A stretch of DNA of 64,000 nt from Eledone cirrhosa (Eukaryota), in the NCBI GenBank assembly GCA_964016885.1, contig OZ024745.1:50964001-51028000 (forward strand), written 5' to 3'. Both the position numbers and the translations under genes were made by a program. Each line of letters begins with the position of its first letter. Position 1 is the first letter of the stretch. The notes beneath the pieces are model-generated. The model saw nothing but the letters and a program-made list of their open reading frames with translations. It ran no database searches and was not told the origin of the DNA. Of this stretch, positions 40,970 to 54,715 are shown in pieces.

Positions 40970-43900
40970 TCTTCTGGTTTTATAATTTCACAAATTTTTT
41001 CCCAATTAAGAGAGTCGGTTTCTAACAGAGGCACAAGACTCTTTCATTGGAATTTAAACATCAACTAGGTAGATTATGTATGCATGCATGTGTAGATATG
41101 GATGTTATTGTATGTGTGGATGTGTATGTTTTGAGTTGAATGTGTGCATGTGTATATGCTTTGCATCTGTACATGTGTATATGCAGTTATTAGATGCAAA
41201 ATATTTGGAATGTTTTACATATTTTTACTGTTCCATTAATGGATTGTACTTGTAATTTCCTAACTAGATGTGTTCTTTCTGTTCCTGTGAAGCCTAGCTT
41301 CTCAAGATTTGTATTGAGGCAGTTACTAACATACCCCAGTGCCCCAATAATCACAGGCATAAATCTGAAGGTGTAATCAAGGTGGAGTATTTGCAGATTT
41401 CTCATCAGTTCTGCATAAATATTCTCCTTTTCGCTAATCTTTGATATTATATTGGCATCTGCTGGGCAGCTAATTTCCACTAGTGTGCATGCTTTCTTCT
41501 CCCTGTCCCATATCATAATATCTGGTATGTTATGCCTGCATATTATTGGGGTTTTTACTGGAACATTCCACCAGTACTCTTTCATATTATGTACATGGAT
41601 GTCTTCCACATTGCTGTAGCTTTTAATGTGTTTATTATCGGATCTATCTTTTCTACGGATTGCATTGTACAGTGTTTTTGCCTCATAGGTAGATAGTACC
41701 GCGATGACATCTTTGGACAGCTGCTGATGACATGGGTGATATCCTCGATGTTAGTTCTGCAGTGTCTGCACTTGTTATCACATTTAGGTGATTTGCCTGC
41801 ATCCCAATCTCTTTTGTGAATCAGGTATTTCGTGTTAATCTCCTGTTCTTGGATTGCAAAAACGTATCCTTCAAAGTGGGAGCCAATATAGCGGTTGTTG
41901 GTCCAAGATAGACTACTTTCCTTATCTATATTACTCTCACTCTGGAGCTTCCTGGCAACATATCCATGCATGATTTTTTTGCCGATAAGTATGCAGTTTT
42001 TCATCCATGGATTCACTGCGATACTGCTGAGCGACTTCCCTGGATGTGAGTTTTTGATTATCACGCAGGGAATATCTCTCGAGGAGTTCCTCCCCAACTT
42101 TCAAGATCTTATCTGTTTCATGCAGATAGACTTGCTCGAGAAACGGGCTCCTACGCTTCGAGGTTCGTAGATGTTGTCAGAGAGATATGATGCGACATTC
42201 AAATGTTGTCTGGACTGATGTTAGGCCTCTGCCTCCCTGCTTACGTTTCAAGTAAAGGCGGTCTATGTCACTGTTAATGTGGAAGTTTCCGGTGTTGTTC
42301 AGTATTTTTCGAGTTCCAACATCAACTGCTCGGATTTCGTCTATCGTCCAATTGAGTATTCCAAACGTTGGTGTTAGGACAGGCACAGCAAACACATTGT
42401 GAGCCATTGTTTTGTTTTGCGCAGAGAGTTCCGATGACCAGATCTTTCTTAATCGGGTGTAGTATTCCCTGGTTACGTGTTCTTTATTACAGATACCATT
42501 ATAGGATATGTTCTCATCTATCCCCAGGTATCTGTAGCAGTCCTCATCAGATATCGGTGAAACAGTTAGGCCATTGATGAGAATGTTGCTAGATTGGGTT
42601 GTTGTTTTCCCCGCTTTACAGTCATATATGAGCATTTATCTTGGCCAAACTCCATTCCTATATCCTTTGAGAACGTTGGAACCAGGTCAAGATTTTTCTT
42701 CATCCCATCCATGTTCTTGGCATAGAGTTTCAGATCGTCCACAAAGAAATTATGGGTTAGGTTCGTCTTTCTGTCCTCCTGTGAGCCAATGATGTATCCC
42801 TCACATTTCTTGAGCAGAAAGGACAAGGGGTTTAATGACAAGATGAATAATATCACAGAGAGACTGTCCCACCTGAAATATACCGCTGCAATATTTTATT
42901 TTATCAGTGAAAATAGAGTCCTCCCTCTCTGTATTTATCCTTAGGATAGTAGCCCAAGAAGAAGACAGCCTCTCTATGCCACTGACAATAATGTCTGGGA
43001 CTTTAGCAAGTTGGAGGGCCTCTATCATCCAAGAGTGGGTAACAGAATCGAAAGCTTTCCTGTAGTCCATCCAGACTGTAGCCATATCCGCCTAAGTTGT
43101 CGCACATCCGACATCGCAGTTTTGTTGATTAAGAGTTGTTCAGCACATCCCTAAACCCTTTTCTTTCCAGCTGCTTGTTCATCTGTGATGATGTTATTAT
43201 TTTTACAGTGATCTTGGAGGAATAGGTTCAAGCAGGCTGTATACATCTTATACATCAGGTTCTGGCATGCAATGTGTCGGTAGTTTTTTGTCAAGTGGGT
43301 GTATTTGTTCTTTGGGACCAGTAATGTTTGTGCTAATGTCAACCATTCTGGTATAAGTGTATCTCCCTTGAGAACTTGTTGGTAGAGGTCAGTAAGATAC
43401 CTCCGATAGAATATCAGTTTTTTGTACCAGTAGCCGACAATCATGTCTCTTCCTGGTTTTTCTTATCTTGGAGTTTTCCTATTACAGTCTCAAGAGTACC
43501 CTAACTTATTTCGTATGTTTTTGTTGTAGTGTAGGAGCAATAGTTCTTTCGGATTTCTCTTAGCCACACTGCATCTTGGTTAAAATTCTTCTTTTCACCC
43601 CATATTTTGCTCAAAAAGGAATCTATGTCTTTCTGGGATGGGGCCTCAGTGACACTTATTATTTTGTTCTTCATATCTCTATAGACTGATGTTTGGTTTC
43701 GTCTGAATCTTTTATTAAGCACTTTTCTCTCATCTACCTTCTTCAGGTATCGGCGTTTTTCGCTAACAGCTCTCAATTCTTGTTTGAGGGTGATCAGCTT
43801 ATATTGAAGAGTTCTGGTTCTACTGTTACCAAACATCGTCTCTATTTTATTTTTCACTCTTTGTTGGTAAGGAGTGAGGTTTTTTTGTGTTTGTTTGCAT

Positions 43901-44040
43901 GTAAGGAGCATTGTCACATATCCTATGGTTTTTCGTAGGTCAGCAATCTTTTTTTCTATTTTAGTTATATATGATGGTATTTTTGGTGCTGTTCTGTTCT
44001 TGTTAATATCTCTGCTATCACCAAGATAATGCTTCACTGT
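40970..44040 (-). mobile_element. R4/Dong-like non-LTR retrotransposon (RT, CCHC knuckle, restriction-like endonuclease), frameshifted and 5'-truncated
   Basis: RT motifs YRHIAC, WMDYRKAFDSVTH, GIFQ, FFVDDLKLY, YRYLG, RLYLKRKQGGRGL; CRHC..E...HVISSC; PDIMIWD...VEISCP. Confidence 0.9.
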
Positions 44041-44101
44041 CGTATGTATGTATGTATGTATGTATGTATGTATGTATGTATGTATGTATGTATGTATGTA
44101 T

Positions 44102-44445
44102 GCATATCATCTTGGTTAAGAGAGTGGGACTGGCTTTGTGCAGTGCCTTTGCTCACTATAAAAGCTTCACGGCACTGGCATTGCTTTATATCTGGAGATG
44201 TCTCTGCACTTGTCATCACATGGGCCCAGCACTATGTGTCATAATTGTCACAAGTGTAGTGTTTGTACCAGAGTTTTCAAGTCGCTGGCTGGACTAAAAA
44301 GTCACACTCGTTCAGCGCATCGGTAGGGGTTCTCCTACGTGGATATAAAGTAGTGGCCGTACTCGAAAACGAGTTGGCAGCAACCATGTATGTATGTACG
44401 TATGTACGTATGTATGTATGTATGCATGTATGCATGTATGTATAA
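44102..44445 (+). mobile_element. RTE-derived non-autonomous element 3' half with C2H2 zinc-finger remnant and (ATGT)n tail
   Basis: About 44255-44326 translates CSVCTRVFKSLAGLKSHTRSAHR*. Confidence 0.7.
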
Positions 44446-46519
44446 CCGTCAGATAATGCCCAATATCACTAGTGTTTGCCACCAACCTACTGAGACTGCA
44501 AGTGGACATGGACACGACTAGATGAGACAAACTTCAGAGAATGGTGAACTCTTGAGGAAGAAAGACTATAGCAGAAAGTATTGCGTTAGCTACGTTGTGG
44601 CAATTTTGCTGCTGAAAAGGAGCAAATTCAGGGTTTACTTCGACCCTCCACATCCAACGGATCTCAACCTTACACACGACTCAAAGGACGTGGTCTATAT
44701 CTAGCTCCTAATGATAACATAGATGGTCCCAATTTACGAACGGCTGCTTTTCCTCCACCACTGTGAGTCACTTCTTAATGTTTGTAATCAATAGGCCAAT
44801 CTAATGAGCAGGATAACAAAGCGTGTCCGGGGGAACATGAAGCTGACGTCATAGATCCTATTTGCATTTTACATATACGGTTCCCTGCCCTATGACAACG
44901 AAACCTGAAGTTTATACTCCAGACAAAAACGGTATCTCGACTCAGTTCACTTTCGCAGCCAGAGATGCATTCTGGCTCGATCGATGTATGCACTGAGTTA
45001 AAATACTGCCAAGATCAAAGTAGAGAGTCAATCCCCCACCAAAAAAAAACAAAAAAAAAACAAAAAAAAACAACAACCTAACTGAGGTTAAGCCTGGAGT
45101 GGAACGGAGTTTGCCAACTTTAAAATGTTTTTTCAGACTTACTCAAGTAAATATATTGTACATAATAGTCTGCAGAATGTCTAAGTGTTATCGAATACAT
45201 CGTTCTTCCAGCTTTTTGGGAAACTATACTGCACACTTCTATATCTAATGTTTATGTTCTAATGTGAACAAATTATGTTTTCTCGCCAACAGAGATAAAT
45301 GGAACTAGAGAGATTATTTACAGTGCAGCTATTTATATGCCTATAAGTCATGCAATTATCCAGAATAAGTGGTTGGAATAGAGGATTTGCTATTGCAATA
45401 GTCTTCTGCGTGTTCATCCATGCTGGGTTGTTTAGAGAATTAAAAACGTAATCGAAAATTAAGACAAATAAAACTTTACCACTTCAGATATACATATTTC
45501 TTTTATTACTCTGAGCTGTTCCAGCCGACATTCGGCGGCTATGCTGGGCATCACCAGAAGCCGATCATGGAAAAAGTACCAAGATTTGAAATATAATATG
45601 TTGTAAAAGATCTACCACCTATATAAAAAAAAATCTTTCGGTATATGGAGTTTACGAAAAAATTCAACAACAGAAACTTCTAACTGCTTTACAGCTTCCC
45701 CTGTTTTCTAATTTTTTTTTATGCTTATTCTGCTTCCCTATTTTAAATGTTATTTTATATTTATCTTTATTTTTATATTCACATGTTTTTTGTTTGTTTC
45801 TCAACTGCAAGAAATAATAGCTACTTTCCCTAGTTTGTCATAGCTTACTAGCTCTATACGGACGTTTAATTTGGAAAAAGAACAACAACAACTAAATAAA
45901 CGCGTTCATAGCTAAACTCTACCAAGGCATTCGACCAGTAGCTAAACGTCCTTTAAATGATATACTATCATTTACTTTTTAATATAAAAGAGAAGAGATA
46001 CAGTGTACGATATAGTCACTAATATTGAAAAAGAAAGAATGTGGATGACTGAAACATCTTTGATCATAGGTATAGTCGTTTCGAGTAAACAACAACAACA
46101 ACAAGAACAACAACTGTCTATATGTAAACGATGCAGGTACAAAAACATACTGATAAAAAGTAGACTGTAAAACAATGCGCCGACCACTGAATTCAAATTA
46201 CGTTTATTTTGACTGGTCACAAAACTTTCAGATTTCAAGTTAGGGGAAATGTGCTGTTGTGATATTTACTTCTTTCCACCGTATCAACATATATCTAGTT
46301 ACTAGACATATGTTGACACTTATTCATGATGTCTGCTCTAAGAGGAACGAAACAGAAACACTCATTACCAACATCAGAATCACCAGCATCAGCACCATGT
46401 TATAAGTTAGCAAGGAGGAGAGGCAGTGCCTCTGTGAGAATGAAAGGAGAAAGGCATCCTCAAAACAGATTCTTGCAGTGAAGTGGATACATTCATTGGT
46501 ATCCAAGGAGTATTAATGT

Positions 46520-46832
46520 TGGTGAAGAATTAAGCCTACTTCTTCGCCCACTTGTTCCTGACAGGGTCTTGGGGGCAGAGTCCTCAAACACTCCTTCCAG
46601 CGGGTCCTGTCAGAAGCAACCGTCTCCACCTGATCCGACTGGATCCCAAAGCGTGACCAGTCAAGCTCATGGATGTTATCCAACCATCTTCCTCGGGGGC
46701 TACCTCTGGGTCTCTTGCTGGTTGGTTTTGCCCGTAAAATCTGTACAGCGATTCTTTCCTGAGATATTCTAACCACATGCCCATAGTATCAGAGCTGTGA
46801 TCTCTCAATTCGGAGAAGTAGTGGCTCTACCT
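46520..46832 (-). mobile_element. RTE-clade LINE 3' fragment
   Basis: KRPRGSPRGRWLDNI...ASDRTRWK; homologous to 16880-17340. Confidence 0.8.
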
Positions 46833-46914
46833 GAATTGAGTTCAGAATTTAAAGAGACAGAATAACTACCCAAACACACCACGTCTGATGCACTAACAAT
46901 AGCACCAATCCACA

Positions 46915-47180
46915 GTACTCGACTGGTACTTTGTTTATCTAATCCAAAATGATCAAAGGCAAAGTTGTCCATGATAGAATATGAACACAGAACACATAGA
47001 GCTGGAATATTTTATTGTATATAGTTACGTCCCTTTAGAGGTGGCCAATTGGCAGAATCATTAAAATGCTGGATTCGTTCTCCAGTACTCTGCGCTCTGA
47101 GTTCAAATACCACCAACATCAACTTTACCTTTCATCCTTTCGAGGTCGATAATAAAAGTGCCAGTCCAGTACTAGGGTTG
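46915..47180. mobile_element. Two old SINE remnants in opposite orientation
   Basis: gactggtactttg... and ctgagttcaaat...cctttcatcctttcgaggtcgata. Confidence 0.55.
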
Positions 47181-47329
47181 ATTCTGCCCCTACCCCCGTT
47201 CTCTCTATCTATCTCCACTTACCTGGAAGAAAATCGGCTGTGTTCAACATAGAGAGAGATGGGCTCCGTCAAGTTTGAAATGCCCAACACCTGGGCACTA
47301 CGACGCTCCCATAACATCTTTTGGAGTTA

Positions 47330-47368
<39 letters not shown>

Positions 47369-47632
47369 ATATATATATATATATACACCCATCTTTACAT
47401 TAAAAACCCACCAGGGTCGATTTAGAGGAATGTTGCTTTTTAAGGTGTCGAACATGAAGTCGGTCCAGAAAACCCAGAACTATTAACAGTAGAACTAAGA
47501 TAGCACGTTTAGATAGCGATAGCGAGGTTCTTATATGATTATTGTATATAAACACAGTATATGCTTTCAAATACACCCCTATTAAGCATATCTATGAAAT
47601 AACAAGGTATTGGTGTGAATCAGTGAGAATGA

Positions 47633-47744
47633 ATAATTGTTTCTACTTTTGGCACAAGGCCAGCAATTAGCCAGTGTATTACTGGTACTTTATTTTATCG
47701 ACCCTGTAAGGATGAAAGGCAAAGTTAACCTCGGCGGGATTTGA
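47633..47744 (-). mobile_element. 5'-truncated main SINE with TSD gagaatgaataa
   Basis: Consensus 3' half; flanking duplication. Confidence 0.85.
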
Positions 47745-47960
47745 GAATGAATAACGAAGGGGAGAAAGATGTGAGAGGGTTTGTATAAAACAGGGAATAG
47801 ATGACTTTTCGGAAACGAAACTGATGAAAGATACATAGAAATTCGCAGTCAAAGAGAAACTGTTCCAATTTGAATTGCAATGAGACGCTGGTCACCACAA
47901 GAAAATAAACAAAGCTCGAAAAGTGAAAATAAACTGTCATTTTCCTCGAATACTTCGATT

Positions 47961-48035
<75 letters not shown>

Positions 48036-48172
48036 ACAACTGGTTGAGGAAAACAATACTTTACAATGATGTTATAGTGAGAAAGTGTCTGTCAGTCTGT
48101 CTGTCTATCTCCCCCCTCTCTCTCTTTATATATATATATATAAATATGTATCATTGTTAATTAATATATGTA

Positions 48173-48265
<93 letters not shown>

Positions 48266-48324
48266 TTACATATATTAATTAACAATGATAACAAAGGCAA
48301 GTTATTTTACACATTTTCATTCAT

Positions 48325-48442
48325 TGTTCTACGATCGTTTCGGAGGGTTGATCATATCGATATATTGACTGATCTATAGCAGTTAACGAACTGTATACTA
48401 TCAGATATAATATATGGGTTCGATGATACCGTCTTCTTCGGA

Positions 48443-48446
<4 letters not shown>
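48325..48446 (-). ncRNA. Hammerhead motif, variant core CCGAAGA, long helix II insert
   Basis: tgttt-CCGAAGA-agacggt...accctcc-GAAA-CGATCGT-A-gaaca; helix II imperfect. Confidence 0.55.
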
Positions 48447-48478
<32 letters not shown>

Positions 48479-48520
48479 CGTCTTCTTCGGAAACAATATA
48501 TATATACCGTCTTCTTCGGA

Positions 48521-48583
<63 letters not shown>

Positions 48584-48981
48584 TAATTAGGGATGGTTAA
48601 ATAAAGTACTTTATACGTTTGTAGAGAATAAGCACATATATTATATAGATATGACATCTACACAACTAGAATTTCTCGTATAAAATCCTCATATGTAATC
48701 CACACAAGGTATGGTTTTAAAATAGTTGGAGCAGGAGGTAAAAAATATCAAAACATGATGGTCTGATGCGCACTCTGAATCGGAGAGGACGTGAAAAAAC
48801 AACCGAATCAACAAAAATTATAATTAATCAAATTTTGAATGTATGTTTTTTTTCTTTTGAGATTTGCCACATCTGCAAGGCATTGCACATTTTCATTATC
48901 ACAATTTCTTGCAGGCTGTAACTTTTTTTTAAAATTGCAATATCTGATGTCTATTGAGAAACTGGAAGAAATTCCAGAAAA

Positions 48982-49020
<39 letters not shown>

Positions 49021-49037
49021 TATGACATTATATATGT

Positions 49038-49094
<57 letters not shown>

Positions 49095-49118
49095 TATATA
49101 CATTACATATACACTTAG

Positions 49119-49156
<38 letters not shown>

Positions 49157-49853
49157 CAAATAATATATGTATAACTTAACTTTGATAGGTTTCGGCTAGT
49201 ATTGGCCCAGGCCATGTCTAACTTAAAAGCATCACCTGGCATATATATATATATATATTATGTTTATATATATATAATATATACAGGGTGTCCCAAATAT
49301 GGATACAGATTTCAACAATCTGTATCCACTACGCCAAATACCTTCTAATATACATCTGTATATACGTAAATATACCTATACCACGTAATCATACGTATAT
49401 GCATAAACATGCATACATACTGGTGTACTAATATCAGTGCACTTACACACACACTTGCATATATACACACTTTATTTCATCCACACATTTGCCAATACAT
49501 GGAATTGTTTTGACTTAGATAAAAGATGCTGTCAATTTTTTAGTGAACGAGGTTTAACCTGATGAAGAATATAGTTACTTTTCAAAGGAAATCCTAATCA
49601 CATATATACATCTGTTCCTACATAGATACAAACTTTCAAACATACATACATTTTGAATCTCTGTGTATCCTTAACATAATTAGTCCCCAGGGAGACTTAA
49701 AATAAGACATACGCACATACCTTTATACATACGCACAAAACATCCATATGCATCCACACACACACAAACATATCCTTTTTTCTTGTATTCTGACATTCGC
49801 TATCTATCTCTCCAATTCTCTGTGTCTCTCTCTCTCCCTCTCTCTCTCTCTCT

Positions 49854-49893
<40 letters not shown>

Positions 49894-49961
49894 CAACAAT
49901 ATGCCCCCCCCCCCAAGTATTTGTTTCGACACACAATTTCATATCAAAAACCTCGCAAAAC

Positions 49962-50022
<61 letters not shown>

Positions 50023-50181
50023 TTATTTCAAAATGACAAACAAGTTAGCAAACGCAGGAGTCAATGGTACATAGTGTTATTAGCTTCACGTTTGGTGAGA
50101 ATGGGATATATACACACACACATATATATATAATATATATATGTGTATATATATATGTATATATATATATATGTGTATATA

Positions 50182-50257
<76 letters not shown>

Positions 50258-50496
50258 GAGAGGGAGAGAGAGAGAGTGAGAGATACATATTTATACATAC
50301 ATACAAATATATGTATATGTGTATAATATATATATATAAATATATGTATATGTGTTGAGGTGGGGGTGTATGTAGGTGTGTGTGTAAATATATATATATC
50401 CGTATGTATTGACGGTCGAGAAAAAAGTGTACTCAATATCTAAGTAGAGTCTACATATTCCTTTTATTATTATTATTATTACTATTATATATATTG

Positions 50497-50567
<71 letters not shown>

Positions 50568-51696
50568 CACACATATATATGTATTCCCTTGAGAGGAAGC
50601 TAACATCTGTACTAGTTTTAAAAATATTTTGATAATAAAAAGCCTTACCTCTATACGTTCAGTAAGGATCCTTCAGGAAAAACTCTAAGAAAGGCGGTAT
50701 GCTCTGCCTTGATCTAGATAATAATGCCAAATGATAAAGCGGTGGATTTTCGAAGACCACGAGGTAACGTGGTATTACTGGCGATATATAATCGGTTTCA
50801 ACCATCGAAAAACAGAGGCCTGTCGTCTAATGACGAAAATTTTATAAAAGAATGAAATGTAGGTTTGGAAAGTTGAGAATGAAAATAGGGAGAAAGAATA
50901 AAAATGCTGTTTGCAATTAATTCCGTTTCATTGCAGTGAAAACTTCTATCCACTTTGGTAGTTATATTCCAACTGGCAAGTAAAAGCAGAAACCAGGGCA
51001 ATATGGGAAGGAACTGTAGAAAAATAAGTTGATGTCATACTGCTATCTCATAGCTTTCACATTCCCATTTCCTCCGAACGCCCTCTGCTGCCACATTACA
51101 TTCCTCTCACCCATTCTTTCTCTGTTTTTGGTGAAATACGGGATGAAAGATGGTAAGATTATCTTATCAGCTACCGAAGAAGAAAATATATGGAAGCAAA
51201 TAAGTGAAAGAATAAAATGGCAAATCTTTATCATATAGATAACATGTTTCAATATCTGCCCGAATACATTTATATTCATATTCATACTTCTCTAACTGAG
51301 AATTAATTCTTCATTTACTCCAACAGCCCTTTTAAAAATATTATTAGCACAATCCTTCATTCATCCACATATTCCTCCATACATGAGGGAATTTATATTC
51401 ATAAAGCGAAAGTGCCCTGTGGTAGAGGTTAGTAGTTTGCGTGATGGCAATATATACATGTACATACGCACACGCACACACACGCACACAAACACCTATG
51501 TGTGCTTGCTCGCGCGCACACACACACACACGTGTGTATATGTGTGTATATATATATATATTAAATGCGTGAAGAATATATATATATGTATGTATATATA
51601 TATATATATATTCTTCACGCATTTAATATATATATATATATATACACACATACATACACAATATATATATATATATATTTATATTAAATGAGTGAA

Positions 51697-51771
<75 letters not shown>

Positions 51772-51797
51772 AGAAGGAGAGAGAATGAAAGAGATGT

Positions 51798-52138
<341 letters not shown>

Positions 52139-52249
52139 AGATAGTTCCTATAAGCATACAGTTTTAATGAAATATCAATTGAAAATTGCATTCAATAAAC
52201 ATATCAAACTAATACACACATATAAAAATCATACATACATATATTATGG

Positions 52250-52630
52250 TAGCCACACTGTGATCGGGTGTGGCAATCAAACGCCATCAGTTTGAGTCCT
52301 GTGTTAACGCTTAGCCATTTACATCATTCAAAAACGCTTATCCATTTACCATGATATCAAGTGATGCATGTGTGTGACGCTTTTACAGTGAAGACAGGTT
52401 TTATACTAGGCCAATCCCACTCACGGAGCTACGATAACAATAATATGAAAAGAAGAACATATCAATATCATTGATTACCACAGGTTGTACATCAGAATTT
52501 CCTCTCTCCTAGACAAATATCCTAATTAGGGCTAGGGGTCTCTCACTCCCTGTGGGCTTAGCGTGCACTCAGATACAAGCCTGAATATTTCTATGTCCCT
52601 ATACATACATACTAGGTGGCTGTCAATGGA
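52250..52630 (-). mobile_element. Degenerate RTE-derived element
   Basis: catatattatggtagcc... and ttcctctctcctagac...ggctagggg similarity to 20230-20310. Confidence 0.5.
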
Positions 52631-52942
52631 ATATTCAAGAGGAATTTCAAGAGGAAAACAAAGAAAGTGTGGTAAGAAAGCAGGTGGACCATAACGCACC
52701 ACAGTACTCGATACTTAGGGTAGTAGAGTGGGTAATAGGAAAAGAGTCAGGATCCCGACGGCTGAGCAAGCCGTTTCGACGGCTATTTCTGAACTAAAGT
52801 AAGATTTTTTTTTAGTCTGGTAAAATACTAAACAAAATACTAAACAAAATACCTATTTGAGTCCTTATCCAGAACTCAAAATACCTATTTATATTGGAGC
52901 TACTGGCCGATCTCATATAAACTTAAAATTAAAACATATGCT

Positions 52943-53116
52943 GGGGTCGGCTGAAAAGTTCATAGGCTGACACTGGCGGATTCAGGCTAGAGCTGGGAAT
53001 TCTTGCAATGCATCAATTTCAAATCTTATTAATAACTGCATTGTTTCTTTCCAGGAACTATGTTGAACAATAAATATTATTTGGTTAGTCCATGAGAGTA
53101 TCTTGTTCAGCCGACC
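52943..53116. mobile_element. Mariner-like MITE
   Basis: Imperfect TIRs ggtcggctgaaaagttcataggctgac / gttagtccatga...ttcagccgacc. Confidence 0.6.
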
Positions 53117-53167
53117 ATTCTAGACAACAAATACAGACATACAACCATACATAGATACACAAACACC

Positions 53168-53492
<325 letters not shown>

Positions 53493-53633
53493 ATATATAT
53501 ATACTTAAGGTAAACATTGATGCAATTCAATTCAAGCACTCAACGTACTTTTTCCACATAGGAGTGACGGAGTATATATATCGAATAAGAAAAAGCGAAG
53601 TAGTTTCAGATGTTAAAGTCCTTTAATGATAAT

Positions 53634-53708
53634 GCTGTGATACATATTTCAATGACGACAGTGGCCACATGGTTCGGTGCGCCCAGTGCCGTCACATCAT
53701 CAGACAGC
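53634..53708 (-). ncRNA. Type I hammerhead ribozyme motif
   Basis: gctgt-CTGATGA-T-GTGACGGCA...TGTCGTCAT-T-GAAA-TATGTAT-C-acagc; AUC triplet. Confidence 0.85.
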
Positions 53709-54715
53709 TCCTTACATAATAAGGTTATGTTTCCGAGGCAATCCAAATTGAATCGCCATGGGAACGGACAAAGCGTGTGCTCTTGAATTCTTCGCCCGTT
53801 CCCTTGTCAGTCCCAATTCACCCCACCGGTCTGCGCAGGCGCAAGTCCGAAGGAAGTTGACCATCAACTACCCCAGAGTTCTACGAAATTCTCCTAGGCA
53901 GGTCCCCCTCTCAACCAAACAATCACCCCATCCAGATCTGTATTATGACACGATTATAGTTTACTGCTAGCCACCATGCCAGTGGCATTTGGCCGAAAGC
54001 TAGTGGGGGTGGGAGAGTATGAGTTTCAATAGGTCTCAATACTACCCCTAAATTAAGCATGGACAGTAGGATTGACCATCACCCGCTAAGAGAATATATA
54101 CTTATTTCTAGGTATTATGGTTTCACTGTGGAAATTATGATTGAGAATTAGAAATTAAAACTAAAAATTTAAAATTTAAAATTAAAAAATTAAAAAAATT
54201 ACTAGTTAAAATCTTGATTGAAGTAAGTAAAAAATATATGTACATATAATAACTAGTAAATAGGGAGAAGTTTAAATTATAGTAAGAAGGATCAATATTA
54301 CAGATATATTATCTATATATTGAACGAGGGTAAATTACAGTATGGAACGTAGTAGTTAGGCAAATACATAGTTAATATCTCTATCACATGAACCAACACA
54401 AAAAATACAAAATACACAAAAAATACAAAAAATACAAAAATACATAGATGCAAAATGAGATAGGAGATATATATGAGAAACATATACGAGGAAGGTAAGC
54501 TCTATGGAAATGAGGGTATATGTGGTTAAGATGATTGTCAATTTTGTCCATTTAAAGTGTATATAAAAATTCGTTATCTGATGGAGTGAGGGGCTTCCAT
54601 TCAAGGCCTCTGTGTAAATGCAATTTGCTGCAGGAAAATAGGGGTTTATCGTTGTTTTTAGTTCCGCGTATTTATCTTGTCGAAAAAAAAAAATATATAT
54701 ATATATATATATATG

